DNA from: a virus
Lineage: Duplodnaviria > Caudoviricetes
Strand: one strand, 5' to 3'
DNA length: 40,970 nucleotides
IMG/VR virus record: IMGVR_UViG_3300032226_000216
Coordinates: 1-40,970 of that record
The notes beneath the pieces are model-generated. The model saw nothing but the letters and a program-made list of their open reading frames with translations, was not told the origin of the DNA and made no database searches. The position numbers and the translations under genes were made by a program. Positions 16,046 through 24,111 of this stretch are shown here, piece by piece. Every line of letters starts with the position of its first letter. Position 1 is the stretch's first letter.

Positions 16046-16058
16046 GAGGAGAAAAATT

Positions 16059-16334
16059 GTGGCAGACGCAAAATTAAATAACTTTAGCCCAAGCGCAAGG
16101 CAAGCAATTCGAGAATTTGAAACGTGGCAACTTAAAGTATTTGCAAAAAACGCAAAGAAAGGGTGGCGATTCTTCCAACCTGACTCACTCGATAAACCTA
16201 CACCGCGTTCAGCAAGAGAAGCATGGGGCTCACCATATGAAAGTGAAAACAGGATAGAAAAAGATGAGAAGCTGACCAATAAAATTATGGTTGGTTTATT
16301 CTTAGCCTTTGTGGTAGTATTGTCGATACTATAA
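16059..16334 (+). CDS. hypothetical protein with C-terminal transmembrane helix
   Basis: GTG at 16059 after GAGGAG, in frame with the 15921 ORF; ends IMVGLFLAFVVVLSIL. Confidence 0.65.
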   Translation: MADAKLNNFSPSARQAIREFETWQLKVFAKNAKKGWRFFQPDSLDKPTPRSAREAWGSPYESENRIEKDEKLTNKIMVGLFLAFVVVLSIL

Positions 16335-16344
16335 AGGTTATATC

Positions 16345-16623
16345 ATGGAAGAGTTCTATTGTTTTAGTTGTGGTAAGCATAAATCGATAGGGGTTAGATC
16401 GAATAAAAAAATAGGAAGATATAAATCTCTCAATCTATGTATACCTTGTGATGAAAAAGCTAAGAAAAAAACAGCCATAAGTAAAAGAGATCCTGAAGAA
16501 CTATTAGGCTATCAAGGATATAAGGTGAAACACATAAAGAGGGCTTTAAATAATCACAATAAAAAACTATATTTAACTGATGTAGTTTATAAACAGTTTA
16601 AAAAACGGGAAATTATAGAATGA
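16345..16623 (+). CDS. basic hypothetical protein with CxxC-CxxC zinc finger
   Basis: CFSC...CIPC. Confidence 0.6.
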   Translation: MEEFYCFSCGKHKSIGVRSNKKIGRYKSLNLCIPCDEKAKKKTAISKRDPEELLGYQGYKVKHIKRALNNHNKKLYLTDVVYKQFKKREIIE

Positions 16624-18485
16624 AATTAGTCACACTAGATTTTGAAACCTACTACGATGTAGGTTTTAGTTTATCAGGTCTTACAACAGAGGAGTATATC
16701 CGAGATGCAAGATTCCAAGTCATTGGCGTCGCGATTAAAATTGATGAGGCAGAAACGTATTGGGTTACGGGGTCTCACGAAGTCGTACAAGATTCTCTTA
16801 ACAAAATTGATTGGAAAAACTCTGCCCTTCTTTGCCACAACACGCAGTTCGACGGGGCTATTCTTGCATTCCGCTTTGGTATCATTCCTGGTCTCTACTT
16901 GGATACTCTGTCTATGGCACGGGCTACTAACGGCGTTGAAGTAGGAGGAAGCCTTGGATTCTTGGTTGAGTACTATGATCTAGGCGTCAAGGGTACAGAA
17001 GTCGTGAACGCTAAAGGTAAAAGGCTAGAAGACTTCACACCTACAGAATTGTCAGCCTACGCGGGCTACTGTGTAAACGATGTCAACTTAACTTATAAAC
17101 TATTCGGCGTACTCGCACCTAAATTCCCTCAGTCAGAGATTGATCTCATCGACTTAACACTTCGTATGTATACACAACCACTTTTAGAAGTGGACGACGC
17201 CCTGTTACAAGACCGACTCATTGAAGTTCAAGCAGAGAAGTCAGAGTTATTACAAGGTCTCATGGTTAAGTTAGAATGTGAGACAGAAGAATGTGTCCGT
17301 GCTAAGTTAGCAAGCAATAAACAATTCGCAGAGATACTACAAGAACTCGGTGTGATCGTGCCTACAAAGATTAGTCCAGCGACGGGTAAAGAAACGTATG
17401 CACTTGCTAAAGGTGATCAAGGCTTCTTAGATTTATGTGAACATGAAGACCCGTTTATTCAACAACTTTGTACAGTTCGTTTAGGTACTAAGTCAACAAT
17501 AGAAGAATCTCGTATTGAAAGGTTTATTGGTATTGGCGCACGTAACAAAGGTAAGCTACCTATTCCTCTTAAATACTATGGCGCTCATACAGGACGATGG
17601 GCAGGCTCAGATAAGGTTAACTTTCAAAACTTACCTGCACGAGATAAGAAAAAGAAAGCATTAAAGAACGCAATCATTCCACCTGATGGACACAAAGTTA
17701 TTAACGCTGACTCATCACAGATCGAGGCTCGAGTATTAGTATGGTTGGCGGGACAGAACGATGTCGTCCAATGGTACAAAGAAGAACGCGATGTATATTG
17801 TGAGTTTGCTTCAACTGTATATGATCGACCTATTACTAAAGCTAATAAGATTGAACGCGCGGTGGGCAAGACTTGTATTCTTGGATTAGGATATGGCACA
17901 GGGTGGGCTAAACTACAACAGACATTAAAGATGGCGGCGGGTGTTGAGTTAGATGAACGCGAATGTAAAAGGTTAGTAAGTGTTTATCGTAATATTAATA
18001 GTAAGGTGATTGATCTATGGCGTGAATGTGAAGAAGCCTTACGAGATATAGCCTCATGGCCTCAAGGTAAAGAGCCTTATTCTATAGGTCGACACAATGT
18101 GTTATATGCCACACCTCAAGGCATCAAGTTACCTAATGGGTTATATATTAAATATCCGGGTCTTACTTGGGATACGTCAGAAGCTAAATCTAAATTTGTA
18201 TATAAGTCAAGACGTGGATTCATATCCATTTGGGGCGGATCTGTAGTAGAGAACGTGGTGCAGGCATTGGCTCGGATTATTATTGGTGAGCAGATGTTAA
18301 AGATTAATGAGAAGTATAGGCCTGTCTTAACAGTACATGATGCGGTAGTGAATGTGATACCTGAGGCAGAGATAGATGATGCGATGGAGTACATTATCAG
18401 TACGATGTCAACACCGCCTGATTGGGCTACGGAGTTACCTGTTGCATGTGAAGCGCACTTTGGAGATAGTTACGGGGACTGTTAA
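16620..18485 (+). CDS. polA: DNA polymerase family A with 3'-5' exonuclease
   Basis: ExoI LDFET, ExoII HNTQFD and ExoIII YCVND; HTGRW; motif A DSSQIEAR; motif B RAVGKTCILGLGYG; motif C TVHDA. Confidence 0.95.
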   Translation: MKLVTLDFETYYDVGFSLSGLTTEEYIRDARFQVIGVAIKIDEAETYWVTGSHEVVQDSLNKIDWKNSALLCHNTQFDGAILAFRFGIIPGLYLDTLSMARATNGVEVGGSLGFLVEYYDLGVKGTEVVNAKGKRLEDFTPTELSAYAGYCVNDVNLTYKLFGVLAPKFPQSEIDLIDLTLRMYTQPLLEVDDALLQDRLIEVQAEKSELLQGLMVKLECETEECVRAKLASNKQFAEILQELGVIVPTKISPATGKETYALAKGDQGFLDLCEHEDPFIQQLCTVRLGTKSTIEESRIERFIGIGARNKGKLPIPLKYYGAHTGRWAGSDKVNFQNLPARDKKKKALKNAIIPPDGHKVINADSSQIEARVLVWLAGQNDVVQWYKEERDVYCEFASTVYDRPITKANKIERAVGKTCILGLGYGTGWAKLQQTLKMAAGVELDERECKRLVSVYRNINSKVIDLWRECEEALRDIASWPQGKEPYSIGRHNVLYATPQGIKLPNGLYIKYPGLTWDTSEAKSKFVYKSRRGFISIWGGSVVENVVQALARIIIGEQMLKINEKYRPVLTVHDAVVNVIPEAEIDDAMEYIISTMSTPPDWATELPVACEAHFGDSYGDC

Positions 18486-19114
18486 TGCCGTATAAAAGCC
18501 TAGAACGAAGACGGGAAAGACATAGATACTTTATGTCGCTATCTCGTGAAGAACGAGAAAAGATTTGGGAAGATCGCAAGCAAAATATTGCTGATCGCAA
18601 GTTATATGCACAAGCAGTTAAAGAATGTAGATTAAAACGACGATGCCTTAAAAAAGAAATGGCGTGGTTCAGACGTAAGATGCGTAAGAAAGCGTATCTC
18701 AAAACTGAAAAAGGTAGGGCTATTCGAAATGTTATAAAGAAAAGATACTTAAAAAATAATCCCCATGCTCGAGAAGCTAAACGAGAGTGGAGAAAAAAAT
18801 GGATGAAGACTGAAAAAGGCAGAGAAGCACAACGACGAAAAAATCAGTCCCCTAGCCAGAAAGCTATGATCGCCGCTAGAAAAGCTAAGAAACGCGTCCT
18901 TGATAAAACTATGACGGATTTCGATAAGTTTGTACATAAAGAAGCATACCTACTAAAACAAATGCGAAGAAAATTACTAGGAACAGAGTGGCATATAGAT
19001 CATACAGTTCCTATATCCAGAGGTGGAACAAACGAATACATTAATATAGAAGTAGTTCCAGCTAAATGGAATTTAGACAAAAGCAATAAACACTCAGAAA
19101 GATTTTTTAAATGA
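18485..19114 (+). CDS. free-standing HNH (homing-type) endonuclease
   Basis: C-terminal WHIDHTVPISRGGTN...NIEVVPAKWNLDKSNK, after a long, very basic helical N-terminus. Confidence 0.8.
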   Translation: MPYKSLERRRERHRYFMSLSREEREKIWEDRKQNIADRKLYAQAVKECRLKRRCLKKEMAWFRRKMRKKAYLKTEKGRAIRNVIKKRYLKNNPHAREAKREWRKKWMKTEKGREAQRRKNQSPSQKAMIAARKAKKRVLDKTMTDFDKFVHKEAYLLKQMRRKLLGTEWHIDHTVPISRGGTNEYINIEVVPAKWNLDKSNKHSERFFK

Positions 19115-19605
19115 AACCCTATTATGAAATAGGCAAGAAGTCGACTATAACTAATGATCTTATGGACTTTGCCATAACACCTAGTGAATGGGTAGAGCAT
19201 TATAATTTTGACGCCAAGCGTATTCCACCTGAGATTATATTCCAAGACGACTTCTTTATATGGCTATCACACCGTTATAGTTTTGTGGCTGGCATACTCA
19301 AACTAGACCCATATACTTGCTATGATTGGCATACAGATACAAGAAGAGGTGTAGGCATCAATATGTTATTAACTCCTTTCGATAGAAGTGTTTGTGCATT
19401 TACTCATAACAAAGAAGACGCCGTATTTAAGATAGAAGAATTAAAGTATAAACCGTCAACGTATTATTTATTTAATACTCAAGTACCTCATACAGTGTAT
19501 AATTTTGAAACGACGAGATATCTTATGAGCGTAGAATTTGCTAAAGATAAAGATGAATTGTCGTTCGATGATTTATTAAGAGATATAAGGAGTAATTATG
19601 AGTGA
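19111..19605 (+). CDS. cupin / 2OG-Fe(II) oxygenase-like (double-stranded beta-helix) protein
   Basis: HxD (WHTD), distal H (FNTQVPHTVYN) and a terminal R-strand (TRYLMSV). Confidence 0.65.
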   Translation: MKPYYEIGKKSTITNDLMDFAITPSEWVEHYNFDAKRIPPEIIFQDDFFIWLSHRYSFVAGILKLDPYTCYDWHTDTRRGVGINMLLTPFDRSVCAFTHNKEDAVFKIEELKYKPSTYYLFNTQVPHTVYNFETTRYLMSVEFAKDKDELSFDDLLRDIRSNYE

Positions 19606-19768
19606 CAAAACTTCACGTAATGATGTGACAGGTGATTGGTTACATAGCAAACCTAACAACGAAATGTTTGAAAAGAATTTTGATTTAATATTTAGAAAAA
19701 AGAAAGAAGTATTACCCGAGTACGAACTCAATAAATCAACAGGCGAAGTTCAAAAGAAAGAAGACTAA
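19598..19768 (+). CDS. 56-aa hypothetical protein
   Basis: Manual translation MSDKTSRNDVTGDWLHSKP...NFDLIFRKK..., AAGGAG RBS, TAATG coupling to the next gene. Confidence 0.65.
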   Translation: MSDKTSRNDVTGDWLHSKPNNEMFEKNFDLIFRKKKEVLPEYELNKSTGEVQKKED

Positions 19769-20424
19769 TGGCTAATTTTACATGGTCGTACTCGGCTCTT
19801 AAAGAGTATGAGAATTGTCCTAAGAAGTATTACGAGATTCGTGTAGCCCAAAACTATATAGTCATACCTAGTGAGAAAATGATCTATGGTACAGAAGTAC
19901 ACAAAGCACTTGAAGATTATGTTAAAGATGGTAAAGAATTGGCTCTTAACTATTTACGCTTCAAGCCCGCTGTTGATTCACTTAAAGATATTCCCGGTGA
20001 CAAGTATCCTGAATATGAGATGGCTCTCTACAAAGACCGCACGCCTTGTGATTTCAAAGATGATACTCGTTGGGTACGTGGTATTGTCGACTTACTTATT
20101 GTTGATAATGATTATGCTTTTATTGTGGATTATAAAACTGGCTCTCATAAGTATCCCGACCCTAAACAATTAAGGCTTATGTCTTTAATGACCTTTGCTC
20201 ATTTCCCTCAAGTCAATAAAATTAAAGCTGGATTATTGTTTGTCATGAATAATGTTTTCATTACCGAAGAATATAAAAGAGAAGATATAGATAGTTCATG
20301 GGATAAGTTTACTGTGCCTTTAGCAAGGCTTGATAACTCGTATGAATCGAATACATGGAACGCAAATCCTACGCCACTGTGTAAATTCTGCCCTGTCAAG
20401 ACCTGTGAATTCAACAGAACATGA
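19768..20424 (+). CDS. PD-(D/E)XK exonuclease (Cas4/RecB-like)
   Basis: SYSAL..YENCP, GTEVH, GIVDL, VDYKTG, QLRL and C-terminal CKFCPVKTC. Confidence 0.88.
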   Translation: MANFTWSYSALKEYENCPKKYYEIRVAQNYIVIPSEKMIYGTEVHKALEDYVKDGKELALNYLRFKPAVDSLKDIPGDKYPEYEMALYKDRTPCDFKDDTRWVRGIVDLLIVDNDYAFIVDYKTGSHKYPDPKQLRLMSLMTFAHFPQVNKIKAGLLFVMNNVFITEEYKREDIDSSWDKFTVPLARLDNSYESNTWNANPTPLCKFCPVKTCEFNRT

Positions 20425-20435
20425 TATAATAGTGT

Positions 20436-20723
20436 ATGCCTTACACAAAAAAACCTAGACCCTATAAGCGTGAATATGACCTCGAACTCAAACGTGGTGA
20501 ACACGAAGCTCGCATGGAAAGACAACGTGCACGTCGTAAGCTAGATAAAGAAGGCGTATCTCGTAAAGGTAAAGATGTAGCCCATGTCAAAGCCTTATCT
20601 AAAGGCGGTTCAAACAAAGATGGCATACGTGTTGAATCCGCATCGGCTAATAGATCATTCAAAAGAAATTCGCAACACAAGTTAGTATCAGAAATCAGTA
20701 CTAAAGAACGTAAAAAGAAGTAA
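20436..20723 (+). CDS. small basic HNH-like protein
   Basis: KDVAHVKALSKGGSN...SANRSF. TGaTATAAT lies immediately upstream (20422-20430). Confidence 0.7.
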   Translation: MPYTKKPRPYKREYDLELKRGEHEARMERQRARRKLDKEGVSRKGKDVAHVKALSKGGSNKDGIRVESASANRSFKRNSQHKLVSEISTKERKKK

Positions 20724-20731
20724 AGTAATAC

Positions 20732-20767
20732 TTGACAGCATTTAATGAGCGTGCTAAATTGCTCATT
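20732..20767 (+). promoter_or_regulatory. sigma70-type promoter with inverted repeat over the -10
   Basis: TTGACA(20732)-N17-TAAATT(20755) with TG extension, and an AATGAGC(20744-20750)/GCTCATT(20761-20767) inverted repeat. Confidence 0.65.
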
Positions 20768-20803
20768 CTTAGTTAATGAATAGCGACCACGAGTCTTAGT
20801 TAA

Positions 20804-22369
20804 ATGGAAATTATAGATAATACTGCAGTTAAACTTACCGTGCCTGAGCACATTGTCTCTCACATCACCAGCAATATTGAAAAGTGTGAAGTGTTAGAAC
20901 ATAAAGGCAATCTCACAGACCTTGTTGTATTCTGGGGTGTTGATGAGATGACTCGCCTTAATCAACTCATTTCATTTCGTAATAACCTACCATCACCTAT
21001 CGTCCGTGATTATGATTGGCCTGGTATCTATAAACCATTTGAACACCAACGCGTCACCTCAGAGTTCTTATCTATCAATCATCGCGCCTTTTGTTTTAAC
21101 GAAGCTGGTACAGGTAAAACCTCGTCAGTACTTTGGGCTACAGATTATCTAATGAAACAAGGCAAAGTCAAACGCGTTCTTATTATATGTCCTTTGTCGA
21201 TTATGTATTCAGCTTGGCAAGGTGATGTCTTTAATACGTGTATGCATAGATCAGTAGGTATCGCCCATGGTACTTCGACTAAACGAGAGCGGATTATTAA
21301 CGGTGACTACGAGATAGTTATTATTAACTATGATGGCGTAGCTATTGTTAAAGATGCAATCATCAAAGGCGGATTTGATTTAGTAGTAATCGATGAAGCT
21401 AATGCATACAAAAGTCCAAGTACAGCTCGCTGGAAAACCTTAGCTAAAGTATTAAAACCTGAAACAAGATTGTGGATGATGACAGGTACGCCTGCGGCTC
21501 AATCACCTGTTGATGCATACGGCCTAGCCAAACTTGTTTGTCCTACTAGAGTTCCTAAATTTAGTATGGCATGGCGCGATAAAGTAATGCAACAGATTAC
21601 AAGGTTTAAATGGATACCTAAACATAATGCTAAAGACGAAGTATTCAAAGCGCTACAACCTGCAATACGATTTGCAAAGAATGATTGCTTGGACTTACCT
21701 GATGTTATGTATCAGACACGAGATGTACCATTAACTATCCAAGTACAAAAATATTATAAGCAATTAAAAGAACAGATGTTAATTGAGACCGCAGGTGAAT
21801 CAGTCAGCGCAGTAAATGCCGCGGCCAATCTTAATAAGCTATTACAAATATCAGGAGGTGCAGTATACACGGATAAAAAAGAAGTCATTGAGTTTGATAT
21901 TTCACCTCGTCTATCTGCGTTAAGTGAAGTGATTGCGGAGACTACGAATAAGATATTAGTATTTGTACCTTACCGACATACGATACGAGTTGTATCTCAA
22001 TACCTAACTAAACAAGATATATCAAACGAAGTTATTAACGGGGAAGTATCAGCTACAGATCGAGGGCACATTATTCAACGCTTTCAAACTATGGACGATC
22101 CTCGTGTATTAGTAATTCAACCACAAGCAGCTTCTCACGGAGTGACGCTAACTAGAGCAGATACCATAGTCTTTTGGTCACCTGTGATGGGGGTTGAGAC
22201 TTATCTACAATGCGTCGCTCGTATCGACCGTGTAGGTCAGAAGAATAAGATGACAGTCGTTCATCTTGAAGGGTCAGATGTAGAGAAAAGAATTTATAAG
22301 ATGTTGCAAGGCAAAGTAGATTTACATACTAAACTAGTTGATTTATATAGAGAGGAATTAGAATCATGA
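20804..22369 (+). CDS. SNF2-family (SF2) helicase
   Basis: EAGTGKT, VVIDEAN, MTGTP, SHGVTL and QCVARIDRVGQ. Confidence 0.92.
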   Translation: MEIIDNTAVKLTVPEHIVSHITSNIEKCEVLEHKGNLTDLVVFWGVDEMTRLNQLISFRNNLPSPIVRDYDWPGIYKPFEHQRVTSEFLSINHRAFCFNEAGTGKTSSVLWATDYLMKQGKVKRVLIICPLSIMYSAWQGDVFNTCMHRSVGIAHGTSTKRERIINGDYEIVIINYDGVAIVKDAIIKGGFDLVVIDEANAYKSPSTARWKTLAKVLKPETRLWMMTGTPAAQSPVDAYGLAKLVCPTRVPKFSMAWRDKVMQQITRFKWIPKHNAKDEVFKALQPAIRFAKNDCLDLPDVMYQTRDVPLTIQVQKYYKQLKEQMLIETAGESVSAVNAAANLNKLLQISGGAVYTDKKEVIEFDISPRLSALSEVIAETTNKILVFVPYRHTIRVVSQYLTKQDISNEVINGEVSATDRGHIIQRFQTMDDPRVLVIQPQAASHGVTLTRADTIVFWSPVMGVETYLQCVARIDRVGQKNKMTVVHLEGSDVEKRIYKMLQGKVDLHTKLVDLYREELES

Positions 22370-22773
22370 GTGACAATATTAAGTTAGATGAAATTGTACA
22401 AGCTTACTTGACAATACGTGGTCAACGTGAGAACATAGCAAGAGAGTTTGAACTAAAAGACGCTGAGCTAAAAGCAGAACAAGCGCAATTAGAACAAGTG
22501 TTATTAGAGCAGTGCAATGAAATGAACGCCGAGACAATACGTACAGGCGCAGGTACAGTAGTTAAAACATTAAGAGAAAGTTATATATGTAGTGATTGGG
22601 ACGGCCTTAAATCATTCATTATGGAAAACGGATTGATTGAATTAATGCAACAACGACTACATAACACTAACTTAAAAGAATATTTAACTACGCATGAAGG
22701 TGAAGGTATGCCTCCAGGAGTTAGTTCTTTTAGAGAATATAGTATTGTAGTTAAGAAACCTAGTAAAACTTAA
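22366..22773 (+). CDS. hypothetical replication-module protein (N-terminal coiled coil)
   Basis: 135 aa with IRTGAGTV...DWD...PPGV, between the helicase and the SSB-like gene. Confidence 0.7.
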   Translation: MSDNIKLDEIVQAYLTIRGQRENIAREFELKDAELKAEQAQLEQVLLEQCNEMNAETIRTGAGTVVKTLRESYICSDWDGLKSFIMENGLIELMQQRLHNTNLKEYLTTHEGEGMPPGVSSFREYSIVVKKPSKT

Positions 22774-22783
22774 GGAGTAAATT

Positions 22784-23695
22784 ATGAGTAACGAATTAGC
22801 AATATTAATGCAACAAAATCCTGCCCTACTTCAAACAGGGCTAGACGCAGATACACTAGCGGTAGCTGGCGGTGGTGGTAACAATGTCACTAAACGTATC
22901 TCAATCAAAGGTGGTGTATTCCGTAAATATGCAGGCGGCGAAGAAGTTGGTACGATTGAAGACCGATCAATGAATGTAGTCTTTATCCGTATGGCTCACA
23001 ATGCATCAAGAATGTATTACGCATCGTCATACAAAGACGGCGAGAAGATTGTACCTACATGTTGGTCAAGTGATTCCCGTACACCTGATGCTGATGTAGC
23101 TAACCCTCCAGCAAGTTCATGTGACCAATGTCCATACAGCGTTAAGAATTCTGTAGCGGGTAATGGTTCAGCATGTCGCCTATCATGGAGAACAGCGGTA
23201 ACAGTTCCTGGTGATCCAAGCAATGACATCTATCAATTAGTATTACCTTCAACATCATGTTGGCAGAAGGAAGATAATGGTAAGTGGGGTTTCAGACCTT
23301 ATGTACAAATGCTAGCTAATAATAACATTGGCGCAAGTAAGATCATTACTAAAATGCAGTTTGATACTAAGTCACCTACACCTAAACTATTATTCTCGCC
23401 TGTCGGTGTATTAACACCTGAGCAATTAGCTGATGTAGAAAAACAAGCTAAGTCTCAAACAGCCGATAATTATATTAAGTTAACTGTATATAAACCTAAA
23501 GAAGAAGGTGAAGCACCTGCACCACAAGTGGCTGCTCCACAAGCTCAACCTACTCCTGCTCCAGCAGTACAAGCAACGAGTGATGTACAGTCAGATGTAG
23601 TGATAGAGCAACCTACATTAAGAGCTGAGCCTGCGCCTACGCAGAAGCCAAATGATGTAAGTAGCATTGTTAAAAAATGGTCGGTTAAAACTTAA
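22784..23695 (+). CDS. putative single-stranded DNA-binding / annealing protein
   Basis: 303 aa with RISIKGGVF, a Cys cluster (CWS, CDQCP, ACR) and a P/A/Q-rich tail. The call rests on position in the replication module. Confidence 0.5.
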   Translation: MSNELAILMQQNPALLQTGLDADTLAVAGGGGNNVTKRISIKGGVFRKYAGGEEVGTIEDRSMNVVFIRMAHNASRMYYASSYKDGEKIVPTCWSSDSRTPDADVANPPASSCDQCPYSVKNSVAGNGSACRLSWRTAVTVPGDPSNDIYQLVLPSTSCWQKEDNGKWGFRPYVQMLANNNIGASKIITKMQFDTKSPTPKLLFSPVGVLTPEQLADVEKQAKSQTADNYIKLTVYKPKEEGEAPAPQVAAPQAQPTPAPAVQATSDVQSDVVIEQPTLRAEPAPTQKPNDVSSIVKKWSVKT

Positions 23696-23703
23696 GGATA
23701 ATT

Positions 23704-24015
23704 ATGGCTAAGTGTTATAGTGAGAAGTTCTTACTCAGTTTAAATAGCCTTAATGCGAAAAGACTGGGCGTGCAGTTTGGTAAGCAGTGTGTAAAAGCCA
23801 ACTTGCCGCCTGGTATGATTGCGGATTCATTAGGTGTGGCTCGTCAGTCAATTCATAATTGGTTCAGGGGAAAACCTGTACGAGAAAAGAATATTGATAA
23901 GATTGAAAAGTTTATGGAGATTATTGATATATATTTAGAGGCAGGAGAATTGCCCGTGTCAAGTACTGTTGATGCAAAAATATTTATTGATGCTAAAGTA
24001 ATCGACAAACTATAA
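23704..24015 (+). CDS. helix-turn-helix DNA-binding protein (Cro/XRE-like)
   Basis: IADSLGVARQSIHNWFRG. Confidence 0.8.
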   Translation: MAKCYSEKFLLSLNSLNAKRLGVQFGKQCVKANLPPGMIADSLGVARQSIHNWFRGKPVREKNIDKIEKFMEIIDIYLEAGELPVSSTVDAKIFIDAKVIDKL

Positions 24016-24111
24016 AAACGTAGTAGAATAGAATCCTCCCTAGTGAGCAATTAAAAAACACATAGTTTTATGTGGCGGGAAACTGTTGACTAAAAATTTA
24101 GGAAACTGCAA

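Noticed and set aside
15921-16058. N-terminal extension of the 137-aa ORF
   Set aside because: It overlaps the TraR-like gene. The GTG at 16059 has a strong GAGGAG RBS and is the better start.
16620-19114. Intron or intein splitting the DNA polymerase
   Set aside because: All exonuclease and polymerase motifs are contiguous in one ORF, and the HNH lies after the stop.
19768-20424. Cas4-like nuclease as evidence of a CRISPR-Cas system
   Set aside because: Stand-alone PD-(D/E)XK exonucleases are routine in phage replication modules, and no cas1/cas2 or array is present.
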